Shown: one piece after another, positions 26,502-36,588 of the stretch | Layout: each line of letters begins with the position of its first letter | Position numbering within the stretch: the stretch's first letter is position 1 | NCBI GenBank assembly: GCA_937989765.1 | Contig: CALKRZ010000072.1 | Span: forward strand, 1-36,834 | Reading direction: 5' to 3' | DNA from: an uncultured Clostridia bacterium | GTDB taxonomy: Bacteria > Bacillota > Clostridia > Lachnospirales > CALKRZ01 | Length of the DNA stretch: 36,834 nt | Made by a program: the position numbers and the translations under genes | The notes under the pieces: model-generated | What the model was told of the DNA's origin: nothing | Database searches by the model: none | Seen by the model: only the letters and a program-made list of their open reading frames with translations

Positions 26502-28448
26502 TTATTGTATTTTGAAATTGGAAACAAGCTGCTGTAGTGTGCTCGCTTGATGTGCTAAATGCTCAGCCGCTTTAGCCACTTCTTCACTGGCTGATGAAAT
26601 ATGGCCAGACATTTCGTTCACATTATGGGAGGTAGCCAGTACCTCTTCGCTACTAGCGGACTGTTGCTCAGCTGTGCCTGATACTTCTTGAGAGAGTTGA
26701 TTAATATCGTCGATCGAGCGAATGATTTCCTCCACAGTAGCCACTTGCTGCTCTATAGCAGCTGAACTATGCATAGCCATTTCACTTACGGTACTAGCAG
26801 AATGCATAATGCTTTGGCTTTCTTTTAACTGATCAGAAGTAGATTCTGCGATATTATATAGAAGCTTGGTTGTGTCCTGTATGGCAGAAAATATTTCATC
26901 GAAGGCACGACCCGTATCTTTCACATATTGTACACCCGTATGCACCTTGGCAGCACCTTGCTCTGTGGAAGTGATGGCATGCGTCATGGTTTCCTGCACT
27001 TGTTTGATGAGCTTGGCAATATCTTTGGCAGCATCAGAAGATCTTTCTGCTAGTTTTCCGATCGCGCCTGCTACTACGGCAAAGCCTTTACCATGTTCAC
27101 CAGCTCTGGCTGCTTCTATAGAAGCATTGAGAGAAAGTAGATTCGTTTGTTCAGCGATATCATCGATGACATCTATGATTTCACCGATCTGTACAGCAGA
27201 GTTTCCGACACCTTTGATGATCGTGGTAAGATTAGACATGGCAGTATTAATGGAAGTCATTTCTTCAATCGTATGTTCTACAGTTTTAGTGCCTTGATGG
27301 GCTATTTCTACAGTTTGCTTTCCTTGTGCGCTAGCATGGTGCGCATTTTTTTCTACTAACCCCAAGGAAGAAGTCATTTTTTCCATAGATGTGGTGAGGG
27401 TGGTGATCGTTTCAGTAGTGGATTGGACATTATTGGCGATCTCTTCTGTAGAGCCTCCCATTTCTCTTATGGAAGTCGTAACACCACCGATATGACCAGA
27501 GATCGAAGAAATCGTCATGGCTACATGTTCGATGGATTTACTCATCTGCTCCATAGTAACGGTCAATTCATTCATAGAAGAGGACTGGTTTTGAGAAGCG
27601 CTGGTCATCTCTTCTGAAATACTACTCGTTTCTTGTGCGGAGCTGCTTACTTCATCCGCAGAGAGAAGGATCTGCTTGAGTACTGCACTTTGTTTTTCGA
27701 TCATATTTTTGACAGCTCTAGATAAATCTCCGATTTCATCTTTTTTCTTCAGAAGTTTGGGAGAAAGATTTACAGTATAATCGCCTTCGGATACAGTTTT
27801 GAGAATCTCTACAGATGCTTTGAGAGGATTGCTGATGGCAGCAGCCAGGATCATACTCACAACGATGCCTACGATCATAAGGAGTATGATAATGAGGGAA
27901 AGAAATATATTCAGCTGCATATTCTGAGCTGCGATATAGCTCGAACTTACTCCCACAAACCACATTCCGATCGTCGTTCCATTAACATCCTTGATGGGGC
28001 TATATAATGTCTGATATTTTTCTCCGACAATCTCTGCTTGTCCCTGATAATCTAGACCAGATCGTAATACTTTGTTGACGACTTCTTGAGATGCCTTGGT
28101 ACCGATTGCTCGGTTGCCTTCAGCATTTCGTACATTGGTAGAAATGCGGGTATCCCCTAGAAAAAGTGTAGCAGCTGCGCCAGTATCTTCAAGAATGAGA
28201 TCTACAACTTTATAGTTTTCATTCATCAAGACACTGCCTTTATAAAGCTTGTCGCCTTGGATAGACCACTCTCCAGGATACTCTGCATTCAAGAGGTGAG
28301 ACCCTAAGTGGAGTGAGGAATCTAGGAGTTTTTCCATACTGTGCTGATTCACAGAACTAAATTTGGTGCTGACTACGGTAAAGATGATAAGGCTAAAAAT
28401 CAGTAAAACAGAAGAAAATGTAGCAATAAGTTTATGGCTGGTTTTCAT
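26502..28448 (-). CDS. Methyl-accepting chemotaxis protein with Cache-type sensor, HAMP and unusually long signalling domain
   Basis: Two TM helices around YPGEW...GDTRISTN...GMWFVG; DEIGDL; [30 protein letters not shown]. Confidence 0.93.
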   Translation of the reverse strand: MKTSHKLIATFSSVLLIFSLIIFTVVSTKFSSVNQHSMEKLLDSSLHLGSHLLNAEYPGEWSIQGDKLYKGSVLMNENYKVVDLILEDTGAAATLFLGDTRISTNVRNAEGNRAIGTKASQEVVNKVLRSGLDYQGQAEIVGEKYQTLYSPIKDVNGTTIGMWFVGVSSSYIAAQNMQLNIFLSLIIILLMIVGIVVSMILAAAISNPLKASVEILKTVSEGDYTVNLSPKLLKKKDEIGDLSRAVKNMIEKQSAVLKQILLSADEVSSSAQETSSISEEMTSASQNQSSSMNELTVTMEQMSKSIEHVAMTISSISGHIGGVTTSIREMGGSTEEIANNVQSTTETITTLTTSMEKMTSSLGLVEKNAHHASAQGKQTVEIAHQGTKTVEHTIEEMTSINTAMSNLTTIIKGVGNSAVQIGEIIDVIDDIAEQTNLLSLNASIEAARAGEHGKGFAVVAGAIGKLAERSSDAAKDIAKLIKQVQETMTHAITSTEQGAAKVHTGVQYVKDTGRAFDEIFSAIQDTTKLLYNIAESTSDQLKESQSIMHSASTVSEMAMHSSAAIEQQVATVEEIIRSIDDINQLSQEVSGTAEQQSASSEEVLATSHNVNEMSGHISSASEEVAKAAEHLAHQASTLQQLVSNFKIQ

Positions 28449-28676
28449 AAGTCTATCTCTCCTTTATGATATAAAAATAAAAAGCAAGGTTTTTCACCTT
28501 TTTGTACCAGAATCTATACATAGTGATGAAGAAAATTAAAACAAACCTGCAGAAGGTATAGAATTTATACAGAAATAAAGCAGGACTTAATACCTATTAT
28601 ATATAATATTAATATATAATTCAACATATTTTGGAAATAAGAGGCATGGTATTGTTATCCACACAACAAAGCTTTA

Positions 28677-28760
28677 TTGCATTTTTATCCAGAAACCGAT
28701 ATAATAAGACTATATTGAATGAAAGCAAAGGGGCTTTTTAGCCGTTCTTTGCTTTTTTTT
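28677..28760 (+). promoter_or_regulatory. sigma-A promoter followed by a leader terminator overlapping an ANTAR-like hexaloop hairpin
   Basis: TTGCAT-17 bp-TATAAT; AAAGC-AAAGGG-GCTTT at 28722-28737; AAAGCAAAG...CTTTGCTTT plus T-tract. Confidence 0.55.
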
Positions 28761-28779
28761 ATTGGGAAAGGTGATGAGT

Positions 28780-30966
28780 ATGAAATATTATATGTCGTAT
28801 GCAATCAATAGAAAGCTGAAAAATCAAACAGAAAAAGTTTTTGAAGGCATTGCGAGAGGAAGAAAGAAGGCACTTGAAAACTGGTTCAAAGATACATGGA
28901 TTTCCTTAGAATTGACTCGAGATACCATTCTTACGTATTTGGATCAAGGAGAATTGGACTTTGAGGTACTCAATACAATTCTTGAAAGTAAAAGACAGCA
29001 ATTTAAGGATTTTTCCCAGTTATTTATCATCAATCAGGATGGAAAGGTGAATACTTCTACCTATAAACCACATATAGGAAATATTTGCACCCATCTTCCA
29101 GGATATATAAAAGGGATGAAGGATCAACCCCTTATGTATGGTCCTTATATAGATGAAGAGACTCTAAAGATCGGGCAATGCAACTCCAAGTTCTTTGACC
29201 GAGTAACACTCATGTTTTCTCTTCCTTTTTATAATCATACCACAGGACGAAGGGCGGTATTATGTGGAAGAATTCCCAATGATGTGATGTCTGATGTGAT
29301 TCAGGAAGAAGATACGCATGTATATAAAGAATCAGGAGATAATTATCTCTTTATGGTACAGTCCAATCGGGATATTGCTGTGGGGACGGCAATTTCTAGA
29401 AGCCGCTTTGAAGATAATGCCTTTACCTTAGGAGAAAATCTGAAAGATGGGATTCGAACCAAGAAGTGGGGTACTGTAAAGATTAAAGAGCATACAGAAT
29501 TTGAGATTGTTTTCAATGATCCAGCTACCCAAGCTTTACATAAAGGGGTCAAAAATACCATTACCTATGGAGAAAACCTAGAGGCATGGCCTGGATATCC
29601 TGAGTACCGACATATTCTGGTAGGAGGAAAGGGTGTTCTGATTGAGCCGCCGCATTGTGAAGAGATATGGGGGATGCTTTGTGAAGGAGATATTGCAGAG
29701 ATTTATAAATTCCGAAGTCTTAATTTGAAAGTTCCCTTTTTGGCTGCGGTAGGAAGCGCACTGCTTTTTGGTGTTTATTATGCGTGGACACAATTTACGA
29801 AGTCTCACGGTATTTTGGATTTTATGATCTTATGGCTCTTACATATGGGCGGATTATACTTCCTCATAAAGAAGCTCGTCGTCCGTCCTTTACATAAAAC
29901 CATTTCTATCCTGCAACAGATTGCAGAAGGAGAGGGAGATCTTACCAAACGGGTGCAAATGCTTTCTTATGATGAGATCGGAGAATTAGCCCGGTGGTTT
30001 AATAAATTTGTAAACAATCAGATGACAATGATCAAACGAATGGGCAGAGCCTCAGAGGACTCTGGCAAATCCGCTCACAGCTTATCCGATCTTACTTGTC
30101 ATGTGAAAGAAAGTGTACAGGTAATCGAGGGAGTTGTAATAGAATTAGTGCAGACCGCCCAAACCCAAACAACGGTTTTTCAAACTACCAAAGAAAAAGT
30201 ATCCATCATATCAGAATCAGCAGCGCATATGCATGAGTTGATTCAACAAGTCAATAGGATGACCAACCAAACCAATGATAATGCCATTGAAAGTGGAAAT
30301 GCTTCCAAAAAAGTCTTAGTCACCATGACAGAATTAGAAGAAAAGATGAAACAGACATTGGACAGCATCAGTATTCTTCAAAAATACTCAGACCAGATCA
30401 ATACCATCGTCAGCGTCATTGATGGGATCAGTAAGCAAACCCAACTCTTGGCATTAAATGCATCCATAGAATCAGCCAGAGCAGGAGAAGCAGGAAAGGG
30501 CTTTGCAGTAGTTGCACAGGAAGTTTCAAAACTCGCACAGGAGTCTACTCAAGCAGTGTATTCTATCAGTGAATTGGTTGCCAATGTACAGCATGAAACA
30601 GCCGCTACGATTCAAAATGTACAAGAAATCGGCAGTAAGGTAGAAGCAGAAAGCATCAGTATAAAAGATACCATACAATCTTTTTCTAAAATACAAGCAG
30701 ATATTACAGAAGTCACAAAGAATGTAGAAGGGATCTCCCATTTAGTAGAAGTGCAGACAAAGGAGCTCAATGAGGTCACCGCGAGTACCAGTGAAATGGT
30801 CAATCAGCTCACTGCGGATCTTCAGGATAATCATAGTAGAAGTAGTGATGTGATGGGATTGGTACATTCCATTTTGAGGCAGACAGCACAAGTAGAACAA
30901 TCATCCAAAGTGCTCTCTCATGCGTCAGAAAACTTGAATTCTATTGTGCATGCGTTTAGACTGTAG
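28780..30966 (+). CDS. Methyl-accepting chemotaxis protein with large N-terminal sensor domain
   Basis: HAMP (GDLT...DEIGELA) and [27 protein letters not shown]; GAAAGGTG RBS before ATG 28780. Confidence 0.92.
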   Translation: MKYYMSYAINRKLKNQTEKVFEGIARGRKKALENWFKDTWISLELTRDTILTYLDQGELDFEVLNTILESKRQQFKDFSQLFIINQDGKVNTSTYKPHIGNICTHLPGYIKGMKDQPLMYGPYIDEETLKIGQCNSKFFDRVTLMFSLPFYNHTTGRRAVLCGRIPNDVMSDVIQEEDTHVYKESGDNYLFMVQSNRDIAVGTAISRSRFEDNAFTLGENLKDGIRTKKWGTVKIKEHTEFEIVFNDPATQALHKGVKNTITYGENLEAWPGYPEYRHILVGGKGVLIEPPHCEEIWGMLCEGDIAEIYKFRSLNLKVPFLAAVGSALLFGVYYAWTQFTKSHGILDFMILWLLHMGGLYFLIKKLVVRPLHKTISILQQIAEGEGDLTKRVQMLSYDEIGELARWFNKFVNNQMTMIKRMGRASEDSGKSAHSLSDLTCHVKESVQVIEGVVIELVQTAQTQTTVFQTTKEKVSIISESAAHMHELIQQVNRMTNQTNDNAIESGNASKKVLVTMTELEEKMKQTLDSISILQKYSDQINTIVSVIDGISKQTQLLALNASIESARAGEAGKGFAVVAQEVSKLAQESTQAVYSISELVANVQHETAATIQNVQEIGSKVEAESISIKDTIQSFSKIQADITEVTKNVEGISHLVEVQTKELNEVTASTSEMVNQLTADLQDNHSRSSDVMGLVHSILRQTAQVEQSSKVLSHASENLNSIVHAFRL

Positions 30967-30993
30967 AAGTAGATGAACGGTAGAAAATGTATA

Positions 30994-31031
30994 CCCCCCC
31001 CTCATCAAGATATAAAGAGAGGGGGATTTTT
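30994..31031 (+). terminator. Intrinsic terminator after the second MCP
   Basis: CCCCCCTC...GAGAGGGGG stem followed by ATTTTT. Confidence 0.6.
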
Positions 31032-31259
31032 GTTAGCTTCTATACATTGGGGATGCTATATGTACTGAGCAGGATTGCAGATGCAGTAGATAACAATCGT
31101 AGAGATCAATCTCTATAATTGTGGTCATGACAAAATGATAAATGTGTGGTACTTTTATAGTGGATGAGCAGTATAACAAAGCTTAGGAAAATAAGATGAA
31201 TGCACAAAAGAGTAAAACTGCAGCATTCAAATAATATTGCATAGTGAGGACGTAATAAG

Positions 31260-31961
31260 ATGACTAGAAAATTAACATATAAAGACGGGATCGTTTCGGC
31301 ATTTCCTATTTTTATCGGCTATATACCCATTTCCATCACCTTTGGTTTATTGGCTAAGTCTATAAGCTTGACGATGCTAGATGCCTTTTTGTTTTCTGTA
31401 ATCGTATTTGCAGGCGCCAGTCAATTTGTGGCACTCAATCTGATCAAAATGGGGATCGGTATGGGAGAGATTGTACTCGCGACTTTGCTCATGAACTTTA
31501 GGCATTTTCTGATGAGTGCTTCTTTGGCTGTGCGTCTTTCACGAAAAAGATGGATTCCCATAGTTAGTTTTGGGATTACGGATGAAACTTTTTCTGTAGC
31601 TTCTACCCAAGACGATCAAATCACTTCAGAATACTTAGTAGGGTTAAATGGTACTGCCTATGTGGGGTGGGTTGGAGGCACTATACTGGGATATGGAGTG
31701 GGGCAGTTTTTGCCAGAGATCATGCAAAAGGGTATGGGAATTGCTCTATACGCGATGTTTATTGCCCTTCTTATACCAGAAGCCAAAAAATCAAAGAATA
31801 TTGCGAGAGTGGCAGCGATATCTGCTGTAGTGAATATGCTCCTTACGTATACCCAGTGGATCAATGCAGGATGGGGAATCATTATTTCTATCATCATAGG
31901 GGCGGGAATGGGTTCCATATGTGAAAATAAGGAGGAGAATAAGGAGGCTGAAGTAGTATGA
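31260..31961 (+). CDS. azlC: AzlC family branched-chain amino acid exporter permease
   Basis: FAGASQF, NFRH, TDETF and MFIALL motifs. Confidence 0.9.
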   Translation: MTRKLTYKDGIVSAFPIFIGYIPISITFGLLAKSISLTMLDAFLFSVIVFAGASQFVALNLIKMGIGMGEIVLATLLMNFRHFLMSASLAVRLSRKRWIPIVSFGITDETFSVASTQDDQITSEYLVGLNGTAYVGWVGGTILGYGVGQFLPEIMQKGMGIALYAMFIALLIPEAKKSKNIARVAAISAVVNMLLTYTQWINAGWGIIISIIIGAGMGSICENKEENKEAEVV

Positions 31962-32266
31962 AAGTCGTTGTGCTTATTATACTGATGGGAGCTGTGACAT
32001 ATATCCCTAGATGGATCCCTATGTTTGCCATAGATCAAGAAAAGATTCCAAAAAGGATGAAAAGTTTCCTATCGCTTATTCCATATGCAGCATTGGGGGC
32101 ACTGATTATGCCGGGCAGTATACAAGCTATTGAGGGCAAACCATGGATATCCTTGGCTGCTATCATATTTACAGGGGCTATAGTCTGGTTTAGGGAAAAT
32201 ATGATCATGACAGTACTGTCATCTGTAGCATTTACCTGCCTACTGTTGTTTTTATTTGGAAGGTAG
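31958..32266 (+). CDS. azlD: AzlD family small membrane protein
   Basis: MGAVTYIPR..P and IPYAALGALI.P motifs; overlaps the azlC stop. Confidence 0.88.
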   Translation: MKVVVLIILMGAVTYIPRWIPMFAIDQEKIPKRMKSFLSLIPYAALGALIMPGSIQAIEGKPWISLAAIIFTGAIVWFRENMIMTVLSSVAFTCLLLFLFGR

Positions 32267-32338
32267 GAGAAAAGTGCTTGAGCTTTTTTGGCATTCACTC
32301 TATAATCCAAGTAAGCATTAAGAGCAACAGGAGGAATC

Positions 32339-32389
32339 ATGAAAAATAAAGTAACTATTTTCTTTTGGTTGCCTAAAACAAAAAAATAA
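32339..32389 (+). CDS. Putative 16-aa small ORF MKNKVTIFFWLPKTKK
   Basis: AGGAGG RBS and an upstream TTGAGC-17 bp-TATAAT promoter (32278-32306). Confidence 0.3.
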   Translation: MKNKVTIFFWLPKTKK

Positions 32390-32431
32390 TGGATGAAATA
32401 GTATAGTAATGATCATAAAGGAGTGATAGTA

Positions 32432-34405
32432 GTGGATATGCCATATTTGCAGTATGATTCTAGAAACTTGCAGTATAAAAGTCCTTTCGGAGCCGTACCT
32501 CAAGGGACAGAGGTAACATTTACACTCGCTGCAGAAGGAGCTAATATTGAAAAAGTTAGACTAGTAGTGGAAATAGAAAAAATAGAAGGAAATAGAGAAC
32601 GAGTAGAGTTTTTGGATACAACCAAGTATCCTATGGAGTCCATCGGTTTTTCAGAAGAAGGACGTAAATTATGGCGTGTGGCTGTTAAGTTTTGCAATAT
32701 TCATGTATACAGGTATTACTTTGAGGTCATTTGCGAAGATCAAACTTTATTGTATGGAAATAACGCGCAGCTTATCGATGTACCTTATAATCCTGTCATT
32801 GGTACAGGGGGCAAGGGAACGGTATATACCCATATCAAGGATGTAGTGCGCTATACCCAAACGGTATATGACCCACAGTTTACCACGCCTGACTGGAGCA
32901 AAGATGTGATCTATTATTATATATTCCCTGAACGATTTAAAAATGGGGATAAAACGAATAATCCGAAACCAGGAATCAGGAAATTTTATGGGGATAAAGA
33001 CATTGAGCTCCATGAGAATTGGCTAGACAAACCATGGGTACCGGGGGATGGCAGTGATGAAGAGTACTGCAATGATTTTTTTGGAGGAGACCTTGCAGGT
33101 GTACGGCAAAAGCTTTCTTATTTAAAGGATCTGGGGATCAATATGATTTACTTTACACCTCTCTTTCAAGCCCCCAGTAATCACAAATATGATACAGCAG
33201 ATTATATGAAAATCGATGAAAATTTTGGCACCAATGAAGAGTTCAAAGAATTGGTACAAGAAGCAAAAGCAATAGGAATCAAGATGATGATCGATACTTC
33301 CCTCAATCACTCTGGAGCAGATTCTATCTATATGGATCGATATGGTAAGTATGAAGGTGTAGGCGCATTTAAAGGAGAAGTGATCAGGGAAGATTCTCCT
33401 TACTGTGCGTGGTATGACTTAGATCAAGAGGCTGTAGATCCAGACCAAGCATACAAGCAGTGGTTCAATCCTACGCTAGCTGAGCTGAAAGAATCGGATA
33501 GCTATAAGGATTTTGCCTATCGAAATGAAGATTCTGTAACAAAGTACTGGTTGGATATGGGGATTGCCGGATGGCGTATGGATGTAGCCCCATGGAAATC
33601 AGATATATTTTGGAGAGAATGGAGAAGAGAAGTAAAGAAAAAAAATCCAGATGCGCTGACAGTATGCGAAACATGGTTTGATTCTTCTAAATTTTTATTA
33701 GGAGATACCTTTGACTCTACCATGAACTATATCTTTCGCCAAGCCATGTATGCGTATGCAAACGGTGAAAAAGCAGTCCATATCGTTAGTATGTTAGAGA
33801 TGGTTCGAGAGAATTATCCCCCAGAGGCTTTTTACTCCTTGATGAATCTTCTTTCTACCCACGATACCCAAAGAGCCCTATATTATTTCGAATATAAGGA
33901 AGAGGGAGAAAGTGAAGAAGTTGTCAAAAAAGCAAAGAAGAAGCTACTACTTGCTATGTTTTTCCAGATGACCTATCCGGGCTGTCCTGCGATCTATTAT
34001 GGGGATGAAGTGGGAGTGACAGGTGGAGAAGATCCGTATAATAGACAAACATACCCTTGGGAAGAAGAGGGAGGATGTCCAGATACAGAGCTATTAGAGC
34101 AGTGCAAAGAGCTCATTAAGCTCCGCAATGACCATCCTGTACTTCGCAGGGGAACGATCGAAACCATTTATCAAGATGATCATGTGATCGTGATGGTGCG
34201 TCGCTACGAAGAAACAACAGCCATAGTGGCAGTAAATAATGCGGATCAAATAAAAACTGTCTGCATAGATACGATAGAGACTTCTCTAGCAGGAACCTTT
34301 GTAGATGCCCTGCAAAAAGAGGATATCATAGAGGTTATAGGAGATGTGCTGCAGATCGAAGTAGGTTCCTGTACAGGAAAAGTATGGATCAATCATATTC
34401 AGTAA
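32432..34405 (+). CDS. GH13 alpha-amylase family protein (cyclomaltodextrinase/neopullulanase/amylopullulanase-like), cytoplasmic
   Basis: YYIFPERF, FFGGDL.G, SNHKYDT, GWRMDVA (nucleophile), CETW (acid/base), STHD and IYYGDE motifs; start uncertain (32423, 32432 or 32438). Confidence 0.92.
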   Translation: MDMPYLQYDSRNLQYKSPFGAVPQGTEVTFTLAAEGANIEKVRLVVEIEKIEGNRERVEFLDTTKYPMESIGFSEEGRKLWRVAVKFCNIHVYRYYFEVICEDQTLLYGNNAQLIDVPYNPVIGTGGKGTVYTHIKDVVRYTQTVYDPQFTTPDWSKDVIYYYIFPERFKNGDKTNNPKPGIRKFYGDKDIELHENWLDKPWVPGDGSDEEYCNDFFGGDLAGVRQKLSYLKDLGINMIYFTPLFQAPSNHKYDTADYMKIDENFGTNEEFKELVQEAKAIGIKMMIDTSLNHSGADSIYMDRYGKYEGVGAFKGEVIREDSPYCAWYDLDQEAVDPDQAYKQWFNPTLAELKESDSYKDFAYRNEDSVTKYWLDMGIAGWRMDVAPWKSDIFWREWRREVKKKNPDALTVCETWFDSSKFLLGDTFDSTMNYIFRQAMYAYANGEKAVHIVSMLEMVRENYPPEAFYSLMNLLSTHDTQRALYYFEYKEEGESEEVVKKAKKKLLLAMFFQMTYPGCPAIYYGDEVGVTGGEDPYNRQTYPWEEEGGCPDTELLEQCKELIKLRNDHPVLRRGTIETIYQDDHVIVMVRRYEETTAIVAVNNADQIKTVCIDTIETSLAGTFVDALQKEDIIEVIGDVLQIEVGSCTGKVWINHIQ

Positions 34406-34431
34406 AGGTGCAAAACAAATGATGATACAAT

Positions 34432-34456
34432 AGGCCTTTCTATAGGGCCTTTTTTC
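34432..34456 (+). terminator. Terminator after the GH13 gene
   Basis: AGGCCTT...AGGGCCT stem followed by a T-tract. Confidence 0.55.
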
Positions 34457-34542
34457 TATTCCTAAGATTGCATTGATTTCATTTGAACAGTACAGTAAAA
34501 TGATATACACTTACAGTATGAAAGTACGAGAGGAGCATAACT

Positions 34543-35601
34543 ATGGAAATCTCAAAATCACAAGTCGCAGTAAAAGAGGGTGTACCCATCATAGCCTATA
34601 AGATGGTGAATGATCATGGGATGGCGGTAGAAATCTTAAATCTAGGCGGAATCATTACCAAAATAATCGTTCCAGATGCCCAAGGAATATCTGAAAACAT
34701 TGTGTTGGGATATGAAGAGATAGAAAACTACTTCACCAATCCTTCTTATATGGGATGTATTGCAGGAAGAACAGCAGGAAGAATCGCAGAGGGAGTAGTC
34801 GATATTGGGGATATTACCTACAGACTGTATCAAAACAACAACGGAAATACTCTACATGGAGGTAAAGAAGGATTTAATAAAAAAATATGGGATGGCTCTA
34901 TCACAGAAGATGAGTCTGATATATCCATCAAGCTTACGTATATGAGTCCAGATGGAGAAGAACATTATCCAGGAAACCTGCATGTTACGGTGATATACAC
35001 CCTAAATAATGACAATGAACTGATCATAGCACATCAAGCAGTCACAGACAAAACGACGATCGTGAATATGACCAATCATTCATATTTTAATCTTTCTGGC
35101 AACGGCAAGAGAAGTATACAGAACCATATGCTTCAGATGGGTGCAAATCAGTTTTGTGAAATAGATGAAGCTTCACTTCCAACAGGGATATTACTGGATG
35201 TAACAGATACTCCTTTTGACTTTACAATGCCCAAGCAAGTACAACAGGATCTAGGTGCTACCCATACGCAATTGGGGTATGCGCATGGATATGATCATCC
35301 GTGGGTACTGCATCATAAGGATTCAGCAGATATCGTTTTCTATGATCCAGAGTCCAGAAGGGTGATGGAGATCCGAACCAATCAGCCAGCAGTAGTTTTT
35401 TATTCGATGAATTTCACCGATGGACTAAAGTTATCAAACGGAGAAAAGCCCAATCTCCATTATGGGGCATGTTTTGAAACACAAAGGCTGCCCATCGGCA
35501 AAAATCAAGTATTTGCAGACCAATCTCTATTACATCCGGGGGAAGTCTATGAAAACAAAACAATATTTAAGTTTTACAATCAATGCAGTGACAAGAAGTA
35601 G
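34543..35601 (+). CDS. galM: Aldose 1-epimerase (galactose mutarotase)
   Basis: GRTAGRI, LHGG, YPG, NMTNHSYFNL, GYDH and CFETQ motifs. Confidence 0.92.
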   Translation: MEISKSQVAVKEGVPIIAYKMVNDHGMAVEILNLGGIITKIIVPDAQGISENIVLGYEEIENYFTNPSYMGCIAGRTAGRIAEGVVDIGDITYRLYQNNNGNTLHGGKEGFNKKIWDGSITEDESDISIKLTYMSPDGEEHYPGNLHVTVIYTLNNDNELIIAHQAVTDKTTIVNMTNHSYFNLSGNGKRSIQNHMLQMGANQFCEIDEASLPTGILLDVTDTPFDFTMPKQVQQDLGATHTQLGYAHGYDHPWVLHHKDSADIVFYDPESRRVMEIRTNQPAVVFYSMNFTDGLKLSNGEKPNLHYGACFETQRLPIGKNQVFADQSLLHPGEVYENKTIFKFYNQCSDKK

Positions 35602-35819
35602 AAATGATGAGCAACTTCTAAATTTTATACGGAACTTAAACAATTATCTAGTTAAATGCAGGAGATTTGTCCAATGATGAATTTGGGATACGCAGTGTGG
35701 AATGTCTGAAAGGACTGAAAGGACTGAGTGATGCTGAACGATACTTGCTGAAGTAAAACAAGCAAGGATGGTTCCTGCTTACTAAAATTTAAAAAATGAT
35801 TGAGTAAGGAGGAAAAAGA

Positions 35820-36341
35820 TTGAATATATTTAAAAAGGTTTTACCATTCGCATTGCTAGTGGTATGGGTATTTTTTGTAGGAGGAATGGTGAATGAAAGA
35901 ATGAATATGGAACCAGAAATTCTATTCTATCCGTACTATTACAACGATATTTTAAGAAATGGTAGCTTGTTTTCATATAATGGCGATACCACTTTTTTAT
36001 ATATAATACTTGCCAATATACAGTTGCGTGGTTATTTTTTGATCTTATCTGTTATAGGGGTGATCATTAGTTGTGTAGACTTATTCATTAATAAAAACAG
36101 ATACGTAGTATCCATGCTGATTGTATATCTTATAATATCTTTTTATACTGTTTTGCCAGCAGTAATACTTGATATATTTAATGAAGCAATTCCTTTAATT
36201 TCTTATACAGCTGCGTTTTTATCATTTCAATTTGATTTTAGTGGCTTACTAATCATTACTCTATCGTATAGTAGTATAATAATTTTAGTAGCGTACTACT
36301 TATATAAATGTATTAAACTAGCCAGATTAAACATTAGTTAA
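35820..36341 (+). CDS. Hypothetical integral membrane protein (about four TM helices)
   Basis: AAGGAGG RBS, TTG start, hydrophobic segments, very AT-rich. Confidence 0.7.
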   Translation: MNIFKKVLPFALLVVWVFFVGGMVNERMNMEPEILFYPYYYNDILRNGSLFSYNGDTTFLYIILANIQLRGYFLILSVIGVIISCVDLFINKNRYVVSMLIVYLIISFYTVLPAVILDIFNEAIPLISYTAAFLSFQFDFSGLLIITLSYSSIIILVAYYLYKCIKLARLNIS

Positions 36342-36462
36342 GGAGTTGAGGGGGCAGTTCCGATGACTCCTTTGTTCTGTCAATACAAAACCGCAGTTAG
36401 AGCTGTATGGTGAACCGTACCTTAAGTAAATGCGGTTTTTGGCAAGATAGATTATAATTTAC

Positions 36463-36558
36463 ATGATTTTAAAAAGGGTAATGATAGATATACATTGGCA
36501 CGTGTATTTTAAAGATGCAGAAGACAATATCGTTGAATTGAACCAATTACCTAAGTAG
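36463..36558 (+). pseudogene. Remnant of a VOC/glyoxalase family gene (C-terminal part only)
   Basis: My translation ...HVYFKDAEDNIVELNQLPK* resembles the VOC YFxDPxGNxxEL motif. Confidence 0.5.
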
Positions 36559-36588
36559 TAATGAGTACAGCAGAAAGAAGGTAATTAT

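Noticed and set aside
28449-28620. c-di-GMP riboswitch or sigma-28 promoter upstream of the MCP-cheA-cheW cluster
   Set aside because: No GEMM motifs or convincing TAAA-N15-GCCGAT found on the minus strand
28655-28663. Perfect DnaA box TTATCCACA
   Set aside because: Single box with no cluster or origin genes; expected by chance
32339-32353. 15-nt identity between the small ORF start and the trpE start (ATGAAAAATAAAGTA)
   Set aside because: Low-complexity, common Firmicute start sequence; similarity does not extend
35706-35729. Short tandem CTGAAAGGA repeat and fragmentary reading frames after galM
   Set aside because: About 2.5 copies only; no recognisable product or structure
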